A stretch of 44,396 bases of DNA. It comes from an uncultured Clostridia bacterium (GTDB lineage Bacteria; Bacillota; Clostridia; Oscillospirales; Acutalibacteraceae). This document shows, one piece after another, positions 14,683-23,155 of this stretch (position 1 is the first letter of the stretch; every line of letters starts with the position of its first letter). A program made the translations under genes and the position numbers. Location: assembly GCA_937895645.1 (NCBI GenBank), contig CALBKQ010000082.1, positions 1-44,396 of the forward strand, given 5' to 3'. The notes beneath the pieces were generated by a model. It worked only from the letters and a program-made list of their open reading frames with translations. It was not told where the DNA came from and did no database searches.

Positions 14683-16488
14683 ATGAAGAAATATCTTAAA
14701 AACCGTGAAGGTATGGCATTGCCTATGGTTTTGATTATTATGCTGATTTTAACTATGTTTGCAGCTGCTCTTGGTACTTATGCAAGTCAGTCTTTAAGGT
14801 CGGTTAAATATATGAACGCTCAGAAACAGGCTTATTATCTTGCCCGTGTTGGTGTTGAAGCAGGTGCTTATGCTTATCAGAACGCATCACTCAATACAAG
14901 CGATGCTTATAAGAATTTTAACACGGCTGGTTACAATGGAATTGATGCTATTGTATCAGTATTGCAGGATGTAACTGATGGTAATGACAACCTCATTAGT
15001 AATCCTGGTAAGGTTACAAGCAACAAAGTTTATGTTGTATATGATAAAAATGACATAACAGATGGTAGTATCTGGACGGGACTTAATTTTGTATCTGAAG
15101 GAACAGGTGGATTTGATAATACTTCCCCAAATATTATTGGATATTTTTCAGTTGAGGCATCTGCCGCAGCAAATACAGTTCTTCAGGAAACCGAAAATGC
15201 TGATGGTACTACTTCAATGGTAGAGACTGACCTTCCTGTTGTTGAATTTAGAAGTACTGCAGTGTGTTATGATGGTAGTGGAAATGAAGTTAAAAATGTT
15301 GTCAGCGGTTTTGTTTACCCTGCGGAGAAAGTAGACCCAACAAAGATTGCTGATGATAACGGTGTTCTTTCTACAAATGCTAACGACTTTTCAGACCATG
15401 TAACTGAAACTATTTCTATTGATTCAGGTGGTACGGTTACAAGTAATCAGGGTGATGGCTTTTTTAAGCGTATTGCAACATTCCTTAAGCGACTTTGGAA
15501 TGGTATTGTAAAAACTATTTATAAGGCAATTACAGGAAATGAGTCATTTTCAACTAAAGTTGAAATTTATCAATATTTAAGTGGTGGCGATTTAGTTTTT
15601 GATGCTCCTAAAAATTCTGACACATACAAACTTCCTGATTTTGCATCTGGTCAGTCAGCTTATGCTTACGCTTTTGCGTCATCAGGTACATTGTTCTTAA
15701 ATGCAGGTCTTGATGTTACTACCGATAAAGGTGAATATGCTACAGTTGGCCTTTTTGGTAAGGACATTGTTGTTGACGGCGATATTAAGATGGCTGTTTA
15801 TGTCAACAATCCTGACTATGCTTTGTCGGGTCTTAGCAATATTATTTCAACTTTTGGTAACCGTTATCGCCTTGGTACTGTTGTAATTGGTTCAGGTGCC
15901 AAGTCCGGTGGAGATTTTGCTGAATATTTAAGTGTCGGCAGCGGCGGAATTACTGATGAAACAGGAAAAACAATTAATAATGCAAACCGCATTTTCTTTA
16001 AGGGTAATGTAACGGTTACAGTTTATATGCAGGGTAGTAAAGCAGAAACCTATAGACTTTTCGATGCAGGTGATATTTGCTTGTTTGATGGCTGGTATGC
16101 AAATGATACTGGCGATTCATCATCAGAACCAACCTATGGTGTGGACCTTTTGAAATTCTTTGTTGACTCTGTTGTTGACAGCGACCCAAATTTTGCACAC
16201 TATGGTGAATCAGTTAGAAAAAAGCTTAAGGCAGTTCGTGAATTCTATTACGGTGACCAGCCTTCATACATAACAAAAAAAGATAATAATGTTACAACAC
16301 GACCATTACGAGTTATTGATGTTGACCACAACTCATCAATTGATAGCACTGGTATGGCAATTGATAAAAAGAAAATTACAAATGAAGTTAATGGTGTAAA
16401 GTTGTTAAGATACATTCAACAACCCGTTGTTTCACAGTCCTCAAACATTAATTGGGGACAACCTACAGATTCAGCTTGGGGAAATTAA
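14683..16488 (+). CDS. PilX/GspK-like large minor pilin-type protein lacking Glu5
   Basis: GAAAGGAG RBS. The N-terminus KNREG-MALPMVLIIMLILTMFAAALGTYA fits the PilX-N type segment: Gly precedes the hydrophobic helix, and position +5 is Met rather than Glu. Total length is 601 aa. Confidence 0.6.
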   Translation: MKKYLKNREGMALPMVLIIMLILTMFAAALGTYASQSLRSVKYMNAQKQAYYLARVGVEAGAYAYQNASLNTSDAYKNFNTAGYNGIDAIVSVLQDVTDGNDNLISNPGKVTSNKVYVVYDKNDITDGSIWTGLNFVSEGTGGFDNTSPNIIGYFSVEASAAANTVLQETENADGTTSMVETDLPVVEFRSTAVCYDGSGNEVKNVVSGFVYPAEKVDPTKIADDNGVLSTNANDFSDHVTETISIDSGGTVTSNQGDGFFKRIATFLKRLWNGIVKTIYKAITGNESFSTKVEIYQYLSGGDLVFDAPKNSDTYKLPDFASGQSAYAYAFASSGTLFLNAGLDVTTDKGEYATVGLFGKDIVVDGDIKMAVYVNNPDYALSGLSNIISTFGNRYRLGTVVIGSGAKSGGDFAEYLSVGSGGITDETGKTINNANRIFFKGNVTVTVYMQGSKAETYRLFDAGDICLFDGWYANDTGDSSSEPTYGVDLLKFFVDSVVDSDPNFAHYGESVRKKLKAVREFYYGDQPSYITKKDNNVTTRPLRVIDVDHNSSIDSTGMAIDKKKITNEVNGVKLLRYIQQPVVSQSSNINWGQPTDSAWGN

Positions 16489-16507
16489 ATAAGAAAGGGG
16501 AAAATAT

Positions 16508-19500
16508 ATGAAGAATAGAATTAAAAGTTATTTCAACAATAAAAAAGGTATGACTTTAGTTGAAGTGCTTACCGCTATGGCGCTGATTTCGCTTATAATA
16601 TTCTGCTTTGCCCCTTTGTTTTTAACGTATCTTGATTCAATTGTTGTTGCAGGTCGAGAGGTTGACGAAGTAAATACTCAATCCGGTATAATGCAAACAG
16701 TTATTGGTTTGGCTGATAGTACAGAGTCTTCGGGGTATTCTACCGCAGTTGGTGAAATACCTTTGTCACTTCAGGCGAATTCGGGAACAAACGTTTCGCG
16801 AAAGGGAACTGAGGGGGCTATAGTAAATACGGCGACTGCGACTCTCGGTAGTGATTTAAGTAGTTTTAAGGGAGATTTATTATTCTCTGATGCTGACAAC
16901 CCTCAGAATTCGTATATAACAGTTAATGGTGCAAGTACGGCTTCGGGTTTAAGTTATTATCCATCAAGTATTACTGATGATTTTTATAAAGCACAAATTA
17001 CACTTGTTGGTAATGGTAGCGCTAAGTTTGGCGATGGCTTGAGTTATGATGATTTTGAAATAACCGTTTCTAATGTATCAGGGGAATTAGATAGCAGTGA
17101 CTATGCAATCAGAAGAATTGATGAGGAGATAGTAATTCTTGAGTTTTATGGTGGCGGAGATGTTTGTTTTGAAAACTCACCATTGATAATTAAATACAGA
17201 AGTTATAAATGCGTTGTTGAAATAGATGCACCAATGATGATTATGGTTGGTGAAGCTGATGGTGACGGGGATTATAACTATTATGTTTCTCGTGGTGAAA
17301 TTGACGATGCTGGTAATTTGCTTATCCATCGTAGAAAAATGAATAGTGCGCCTTTAACCTCAGCTATGAATGACGTTGAGTGGGTTTCAGCTGACGATGC
17401 GGACTCTTATGCTACTGATAGTAGCGGTAATAAATATGGTTATTATGTAATGTGCGGCGATGAGGGACAAATTCGTCGTTTCTGGAAAGATAATACAACA
17501 GGTAACTATTACTGGGGTGGCGACTATACTTATCATACAGATATTAATATTGACACAGCAAGTGCAGATAGCTCAGGTGCAATAATAAATAAAGTGCGTT
17601 ATGATACTGAGTGGAAAAAAGCACTTGAAACCGATTTCACGTACGTTTACCGTGGGTCACACATTACATCAAGTGAAGGTATGACTAATGTAGTAGGTGG
17701 TTATAGTAATTTAAGACTTTTCAATTCAATTCTTTTTTCTATTAATGCACTCGACACAGATAAAAGAGGTAGTAACACTAATATTGAAGTGTATATTCCT
17801 GACGGTGAAGTTTATTGGTTTGAGTCTATGAAAAAAGATAAAAACTATCCCGACCTTGAAAACTCGGTAACAACTCGCGATAAAATGTTTAACATTTTTA
17901 ACGCTGACGCTGATTTCAATAATGCTACAATAGGTGGTCAAAGTGTAGAAGGTCTTAACCGTTATTGGAATATTAACCTTGCAACCGACTGGATTGGCTT
18001 AAAGGATAATGCCACATATTATGCCGTAAAAGGTCAGGCACAGGATTCCAATATGATTACACTTACCTGTGTTGACGTTATTAATATGTCAAACCTTTCT
18101 GCTTCGGCGAAAGAGGCAGGCGGACCTTATTACACTGTTGCAACTGATGGTTCGAACTATCTTTCGAGTGGTATTGAGTACCCTGATTCAACATACAACC
18201 TTTACTGTGGTTATATTCCTGCGGTAATGGATTTATGGGCAAATGGTAACAGCCGTGGTGATGGTCGAATTACAAGAACGGACGACTGGAAAAAGTATAC
18301 CTTTAATCAGGTCGGTAACAGTTCAATAAGAAGAGATGATGTTCTATATACTGCCGATAATGTTTTTTATTTTGGTAGTAATGACAATAATAACAATGCT
18401 GCCGCAAGTGACTTCTGGTTATGGCCATATTGGAAAGGAACTTATGGTTTGATGCCATATACAACCAATAGTAGCAATAAAATAAAGTATTATTCTCCTA
18501 ACAATGATGGCAATGAGTTGCAACGTGCGTTAGATGCCCACACAGATGCATGGTTCGGAAGTCAGAACTGGAATGCAGATATTGTGTATTATGCATTTGA
18601 TAATATTGGATTTGCTCCTGTAGGCAAAGCTTTTGATAGCAACACAAAAATTGACTCATCTATTGTTGGACCATTTACCTCTATAATCCCAACCAATGCT
18701 TCTCGTCTTGTTGTTCCTCAGATTTATGTTAATGGTGGAGCTGGTTATAACCAACAAAATATCACAGGTGGTCAGTCGGTTGATATTACAGTATCATATC
18801 TTTCACATCCTCTTGCAGTATCTGGTGCAATGAACCCTACTGATGATATGGTATATGATATGTCAAACGACAAGAGTGGTAATCGAGTTTTCTATTGGAA
18901 TAGCACTCGTGATGCGACAACATATCTTGATTGTGCAAGTACAATGGTACCAAACGGGGAAGATGATATTCCTGTATCATTACTTGTTGGTTATGTTACT
19001 GGCGGTCTTGCTGAATATACAGGTGGTAACATAAAGGATGACGCGTTCATTAACTCAATATTCACCAATGGTATTGTTCTGCTTAGAGCAGGTAAAGGCA
19101 ATAGTGTAGGTGCCGGTTCAGCAAACTTTGATACAAAAGAAGAAAGAGCAATGGACAATGGTGGTTATACACTCACCAAAACATCAAATGCGTTCCACCA
19201 GTTTTACTACCTTAACTCAAGAACAAATGAGAGTGAAAAGCCAGAACGTAACCACCCTACAATTAGAGATAGTATTGGTGACATTCACGGCGCAATTTTT
19301 TGGCAGAACAACAGACATATTGCTTATGTTTCAGTAAATGGTGAACAAAATGCAATGGCAACAGGCACATTTGATTCAAATAGTTACGAATACCTTCGTT
19401 GTCATCCGCTTACAAACACAAAGGTTACTTGCGTAACATGGGGTACCTCATGGTGTGGTAACCCTGTTGCGATGTGGGGTACTGAAAACGGTACACTTCT

Positions 19501-20461
19501 CAGTTGGAAGTGCGAAATTAATGATGATAACAATGATGGTGAAACTATTACAGTGTGTACTGGCGGCGAAGGATTCCTGGGTGGACTGTTTTCAAAAGGA
19601 CATACTAAAGAAGAGCATCCAGAATATCATAACGACCGTTCTGTTGTAGCAGAATTCCAGTCATATCAATGGATTGATAATGTAAATAAGACGGCTAACT
19701 TTAAGATTACTTCTGACCAGTGGTTAGATAGTCTTGGTTCAGCAAAACCAAATCAGGCCGGGAACAGTACTCAACTACCATTTACAGACGAAAACTTTTC
19801 GTCTTATGAAGGTTTCTATGACGCATGTTCAAGACTCGCCGCAAAACAGTATCCAGCACTTAATGTTGTTCAGAATATTGGCTTTATTTCAACACTTGAA
19901 AATATCAATGATGTCGAATATTCTGATGACGTTTGGGTTGCTTGTGGTGACCAAAGTGATGCTAATCCAGCAGACTATTGTAAAGCAGGTTATTTTGAAA
20001 TTGGTAATGCAAGTAAGGGCACAAATTTTGTGACTCGTCCTTATATCAGTAAAGATAATTACCAAAAAGCAGTTTCCAATAAAGCACACGGAACAGGTGG
20101 CTCATGGATTAATGTAAACTACTGGATTGACTGTTCAGGTACAGGTCAACAGAGTGTTGATAACAGATTGTACCAGTGGTCCGCTGTTCAAATTTCAACT
20201 GAAGTAGATTGTAACATTGTTCAGATTAACAATGTTAACGGTATGTGGATTGCTACAGGTTATAAAGATACAAATGGTAACGATGATTATGATAACGGCG
20301 AAGAGGCAAGAATTTTCTGGACCTATGACCCTCGCATTCCTTGTGGCGTTAAAGGTGGTTGGAGTAGTTCCGTTAAGCTTTACGATGGTAAGACCCCAGT
20401 TGATGGCAATCTTGCAGCAATGGGTGGTATCAACTCTTGTGCAACTCGTTCAGAAGATTAA
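16508..20461 (+). CDS. Giant (1317 aa) protein with a prepilin-type N-terminal cleavage/methylation signal; putative modular tip pilin/adhesin
   Basis: AAAGGGGA RBS. The class III signal is NNKKG-MTLVEVLTAMALISLIIF, with Gly-1 and Glu+5. The remainder is rich in W/Y/N/G/D. A DTNGNDDYD loop lies at nt 20267-20293. Confidence 0.8.
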   Translation: MKNRIKSYFNNKKGMTLVEVLTAMALISLIIFCFAPLFLTYLDSIVVAGREVDEVNTQSGIMQTVIGLADSTESSGYSTAVGEIPLSLQANSGTNVSRKGTEGAIVNTATATLGSDLSSFKGDLLFSDADNPQNSYITVNGASTASGLSYYPSSITDDFYKAQITLVGNGSAKFGDGLSYDDFEITVSNVSGELDSSDYAIRRIDEEIVILEFYGGGDVCFENSPLIIKYRSYKCVVEIDAPMMIMVGEADGDGDYNYYVSRGEIDDAGNLLIHRRKMNSAPLTSAMNDVEWVSADDADSYATDSSGNKYGYYVMCGDEGQIRRFWKDNTTGNYYWGGDYTYHTDINIDTASADSSGAIINKVRYDTEWKKALETDFTYVYRGSHITSSEGMTNVVGGYSNLRLFNSILFSINALDTDKRGSNTNIEVYIPDGEVYWFESMKKDKNYPDLENSVTTRDKMFNIFNADADFNNATIGGQSVEGLNRYWNINLATDWIGLKDNATYYAVKGQAQDSNMITLTCVDVINMSNLSASAKEAGGPYYTVATDGSNYLSSGIEYPDSTYNLYCGYIPAVMDLWANGNSRGDGRITRTDDWKKYTFNQVGNSSIRRDDVLYTADNVFYFGSNDNNNNAAASDFWLWPYWKGTYGLMPYTTNSSNKIKYYSPNNDGNELQRALDAHTDAWFGSQNWNADIVYYAFDNIGFAPVGKAFDSNTKIDSSIVGPFTSIIPTNASRLVVPQIYVNGGAGYNQQNITGGQSVDITVSYLSHPLAVSGAMNPTDDMVYDMSNDKSGNRVFYWNSTRDATTYLDCASTMVPNGEDDIPVSLLVGYVTGGLAEYTGGNIKDDAFINSIFTNGIVLLRAGKGNSVGAGSANFDTKEERAMDNGGYTLTKTSNAFHQFYYLNSRTNESEKPERNHPTIRDSIGDIHGAIFWQNNRHIAYVSVNGEQNAMATGTFDSNSYEYLRCHPLTNTKVTCVTWGTSWCGNPVAMWGTENGTLLSWKCEINDDNNDGETITVCTGGEGFLGGLFSKGHTKEEHPEYHNDRSVVAEFQSYQWIDNVNKTANFKITSDQWLDSLGSAKPNQAGNSTQLPFTDENFSSYEGFYDACSRLAAKQYPALNVVQNIGFISTLENINDVEYSDDVWVACGDQSDANPADYCKAGYFEIGNASKGTNFVTRPYISKDNYQKAVSNKAHGTGGSWINVNYWIDCSGTGQQSVDNRLYQWSAVQISTEVDCNIVQINNVNGMWIATGYKDTNGNDDYDNGEEARIFWTYDPRIPCGVKGGWSSSVKLYDGKTPVDGNLAAMGGINSCATRSED

Positions 20462-20474
20462 TTAATTTTTAGGG

Positions 20475-20493
20475 CGGGGGGCTCAGCCCCCCG
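20475..20493 (+). promoter_or_regulatory. GC-only intra-operon stem-loop (CGGGGGG-ctcag-CCCCCCG) without a U-tract
   Basis: A seven-bp G:C stem in an otherwise AT-rich spacer between the 1317-aa and 426-aa genes. Confidence 0.4.
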
Positions 20494-20531
20494 AATACAA
20501 GTGTAAACTCATTTATAAATGAGGTGAAAGT

Positions 20532-21812
20532 ATGTTTGAGCTTTTCTATAAAAACAAAAAGGGTTTATCTCTAATTGAGCTTATTGTTACAATTGTTATT
20601 CTTGGTCTTGTTATGGTTATCGCGGGCTCAGTTCTTTATCAGTTTACTAACAACCACAACAATGCAACTGAGCGTTGGCAGGTGCAAAACGCTGTTCGTC
20701 TAGCGTGCAGTAAGTTTGAAAACAATGCTAACTATATCATTAATTCAAAGCAAATTGACATTTTTAAAGACAAAGCTCTTGATGCGGGTATTATTTATGA
20801 TTCCGATACAGGCAAATGGCTTTGGCAATCAACCCCAACCATTATTACTTCCGATGCTGATGATTATACCTACATTTTTTCCGTAAAAGCTTATGAAGCA
20901 CCTGACAACTGGAATGGAATTTCTACCGTAACTGATACCAGCACTCTTACAGAACTTGGATATTACCTTTTCATTAAATATGATAAGGAAATAATGGAAA
21001 AAGCCACAGGAACAGAGTTGGGTACTAATTCAAATTATCCTGCTTGTGTACTATTTCTTAATAATGAGGGATTTGGTGAGGTGCCTGTTCAGGTTGAATT
21101 TTCAGTTGGCACAAATTATTTGCCACCTGTAACTACAACAACTACGCAATCAGGCGAAACTATAACTGAAACTACAACTAGTGCTGTGGCAAAGACATAT
21201 ATGAGCAATAGCGTGAATATTGACTTTAAGTCTGGTAACACAAAGATTATTAACTACAATACAAGCACTAATTATGTTTCTGAAAATCTTGCTTCCTCAA
21301 AATCCGTGGGAATGGAAAACGGTAGACTGATTTATGACAATTCTTGGAAAAATGGCGACACAATGAAGGCGTACCCTTGCGGGTGGGTTGACACATCAGT
21401 TTCTGGATACCCTGCAGGTGAAGCTCTAAAGGTTTATGACCCCAATAATGCGGGAAGTGTAATTTACACTTATGGTGGTGAAATAAACGATACAGGTAAC
21501 GTTTTAAGATTCTTGTCACCGTTATCGGATAAAAGCTTTGAAGATGGAAGTGGCTCATCTGTTACCACGCTTCCAAATTGCCTTAGTGAGTGGACTTTCT
21601 CAAGTACTATAAATTCAGAGGTGTATCTTGACAATCTTCGAAATTTCCGTGACGAAGTATTAAGAGGTACTGAATTTGGTGACTGGTTTATTGAACAGTA
21701 TTATTATGTGTGGTCACCTTTCTTAATTGAGCATACTGCTTTCTTAAAACCTGTTTATAAGGCAGTTATGATTCCTATATCATATATTTGTGAGTTTATA
21801 GCAGATTTATAA
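20532..21812 (+). CDS. Minor pilin-like protein (426 aa) with a prepilin N-terminus and an unusual C-terminal tail
   Basis: GAGGTGA RBS. The class III signal is KNKKG-LSLIELIVTIVILGLVMVIAG (Glu+5). The C-terminal 63 aa contain LRNFRDEVL...YYYVWSP...FLKPVYKAVMIPISYICEFI. Confidence 0.8.
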   Translation: MFELFYKNKKGLSLIELIVTIVILGLVMVIAGSVLYQFTNNHNNATERWQVQNAVRLACSKFENNANYIINSKQIDIFKDKALDAGIIYDSDTGKWLWQSTPTIITSDADDYTYIFSVKAYEAPDNWNGISTVTDTSTLTELGYYLFIKYDKEIMEKATGTELGTNSNYPACVLFLNNEGFGEVPVQVEFSVGTNYLPPVTTTTTQSGETITETTTSAVAKTYMSNSVNIDFKSGNTKIINYNTSTNYVSENLASSKSVGMENGRLIYDNSWKNGDTMKAYPCGWVDTSVSGYPAGEALKVYDPNNAGSVIYTYGGEINDTGNVLRFLSPLSDKSFEDGSGSSVTTLPNCLSEWTFSSTINSEVYLDNLRNFRDEVLRGTEFGDWFIEQYYYVWSPFLIEHTAFLKPVYKAVMIPISYICEFIADL

Positions 21813-21817
21813 ATATT

Positions 21818-21853
21818 AAAAGTGAGAGATGTTAAAAATTTCTCACTTTTTTT
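21818..21853 (+). terminator. Rho-independent terminator ending the long pilus assembly operon
   Basis: AGTGAGA...TCTCACT stem flanked by an A-tract and TTTTTTT. Confidence 0.65.
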
Positions 21854-21868
21854 GTGTAGAATACGATA

Positions 21869-21897
21869 TTGACTAAGATTTATAAATGGTATATAAT
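21869..21897 (+). promoter_or_regulatory. Promoter of pilin gene 1 (TTGACT-17-TATAAT)
   Basis: TTGACT 21869-21874, 17-nt spacer, TATAAT 21892-21897. Confidence 0.6.
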
Positions 21898-21911
21898 CAA
21901 ATTGTTAAGAT

Positions 21912-21933
21912 GCACGGAATTTTCCCACTTACA
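21912..21933 (+). promoter_or_regulatory. Conserved pilin leader box, copy 1 (GCACGGAATTTTCCCACTTACA)
   Basis: Shares GyACGGAnnnTTCCCryT with the boxes at 22506 and 23065. It lies just downstream of the predicted transcription start. Confidence 0.5.
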
Positions 21934-21954
21934 CTTTTGAAAGGTATGACATTT

Positions 21955-22398
21955 ATGAGAAAGCTGTTAAATAAAAAAGGCTTTACAATGCTTGAACTTG
22001 TGGTTGTTGTGTTTATACTTGGCATTTTACTTGCTGTTGGTATTCCTGCGTATAACGGGCTACAGACAAGGTCAGAAAACAAGGCTTGTGCCACAAATAT
22101 TGAAATAATTCAACTGGCGGTTGTTGAGTATTACACTGCAAACCAAGTTAAACCATCAAATATAAACGATTTAGCACCATTTTTAGATGAAGGTGGAATG
22201 CCACTTTGTTCTAAGAGTGTTGATGGTGCAGTTGAGTATCATTATGGTTTGGCGGTAGTAAAAAATGCTGATGGTACATATACAGGTCAGGTTATTTGTC
22301 CTTGCACAGAAAAAGGTCATGCACCTAAGGGGGCAGTTGCTAGTTTTTCAGGTGAATATACAGTATTACAAGATGCAAAAACAGTTAATATAGGTTAA
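21955..22398 (+). CDS. pilA: Type IV pilin paralog 1 (147 aa)
   Basis: MRKLLNKKG-FTMLELVVVVFILGILLAVGIPAY prepilin signal with Glu+5, and Cys residues in the C-terminal half. The start is set at 21955, by analogy with the other pilins and by spacing from GAAAGG. Confidence 0.88.
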   Translation: MRKLLNKKGFTMLELVVVVFILGILLAVGIPAYNGLQTRSENKACATNIEIIQLAVVEYYTANQVKPSNINDLAPFLDEGGMPLCSKSVDGAVEYHYGLAVVKNADGTYTGQVICPCTEKGHAPKGAVASFSGEYTVLQDAKTVNIG

Positions 22399-22415
22399 TT
22401 TTAATTGTAATTATT

Positions 22416-22447
22416 AAGGCGAGGCTAGTTCCTCGCCTTTTGCTTTT
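22416..22447 (+). terminator. Rho-independent terminator after pilin 1
   Basis: AAGGCGAGG-ctagtt-CCTCGCCTT followed by a T-rich tract. Confidence 0.8.
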
Positions 22448-22464
22448 CATATTTAACTTAAATA

Positions 22465-22493
22465 TTGACATTTTCCAATAATTAGTATATAAT
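22465..22493 (+). promoter_or_regulatory. Promoter of pilin gene 2 (perfect TTGACA-17-TATAAT)
   Basis: TTGACA 22465-22470, 17-nt spacer, TATAAT 22488-22493. Confidence 0.7.
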
Positions 22494-22505
22494 TAAGTTA
22501 CAAGG

Positions 22506-22527
22506 GTACGGATTGTTCCCGTTGCAA
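22506..22527 (+). promoter_or_regulatory. Conserved pilin leader box, copy 2 (GTACGGATTGTTCCCGTTGCAA)
   Basis: The motif is shared with 21912 and 23065. It starts about 6 nt after the predicted transcription start. Confidence 0.5.
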
Positions 22528-22547
22528 TCTGAAAGTGAGGACTTTAT

Positions 22548-22967
22548 ATGAGAAAAATGATAAACAAAAAAGGCTTTTCACTTGTTGAATTGATGATAGT
22601 TGTTGTTATTATGGGTATTCTTGTTGCGGTTGCAATTCCACTTTATGGTGCAATAACTGAAAATGCTGAGAAAAAGACCTGTCAGTCTAATCAGAAATTG
22701 GTTCACGAAATGTTTGCAAAATATTGTGTTATGGACGGTACATATTCAGCAAGTTCTTTGTTGCCGAGTGGCTCTTTCAGTAGTAAGAACGGTAATACAA
22801 GTGGTATTGACGAGATTTTTGTTGAAAGTTTTGACGGCGGTTTCCCGGAATGTCCTATAGAAGGCCATTATTTTGTCTTAACAAAAGTAAATCAATATGA
22901 AATTAAAGTTGAATGTTATGACGAAAACGGAAATCTTGATGCAAAACACAATCAGGTAAATGAATAA
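22548..22967 (+). CDS. pilA: Type IV pilin paralog 2 (139 aa)
   Basis: MRKMINKKG-FSLVELMIVVVIMGILVAVAIPLYGAITENAEKKTC. The first 40 or so residues are nearly identical to paralog 3, while the C-terminal domain has diverged. Confidence 0.9.
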   Translation: MRKMINKKGFSLVELMIVVVIMGILVAVAIPLYGAITENAEKKTCQSNQKLVHEMFAKYCVMDGTYSASSLLPSGSFSSKNGNTSGIDEIFVESFDGGFPECPIEGHYFVLTKVNQYEIKVECYDENGNLDAKHNQVNE

Positions 22968-23031
22968 TTGGTAAAACCTTACAAACAAACAAGAGTATCA
23001 TTGTTGGTTTCGACAAATTTCAAAAAAAGGC

Positions 23032-23060
23032 TTTACAAATCACTTGATTTGTAGTAGTAT
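23032..23060 (+). promoter_or_regulatory. Candidate promoter of pilin gene 3 (TTTACA-17-TAGTAT)
   Basis: TTTACA 23032-23037, 17-nt spacer, TAGTAT 23055-23060. No terminator is evident between pilin 2 and this promoter. Confidence 0.45.
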
Positions 23061-23064
23061 AAGA

Positions 23065-23086
23065 GTACGGAAAGTTCCCGTTACAA
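23065..23086 (+). promoter_or_regulatory. Conserved pilin leader box, copy 3 (GTACGGAAAGTTCCCGTTACAA)
   Basis: The motif is shared with 21912 and 22506. It sits at about +1 of the predicted transcript, leaving a leader of about 90 nt before the AAAGGAG RBS. Confidence 0.5.
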
Positions 23087-23155
23087 AATTTGGTATTCAG
23101 GTCAACAGGGACCTTAATATAAAACAAAATTCTTTAATTAAAGGAGAAAATTATT

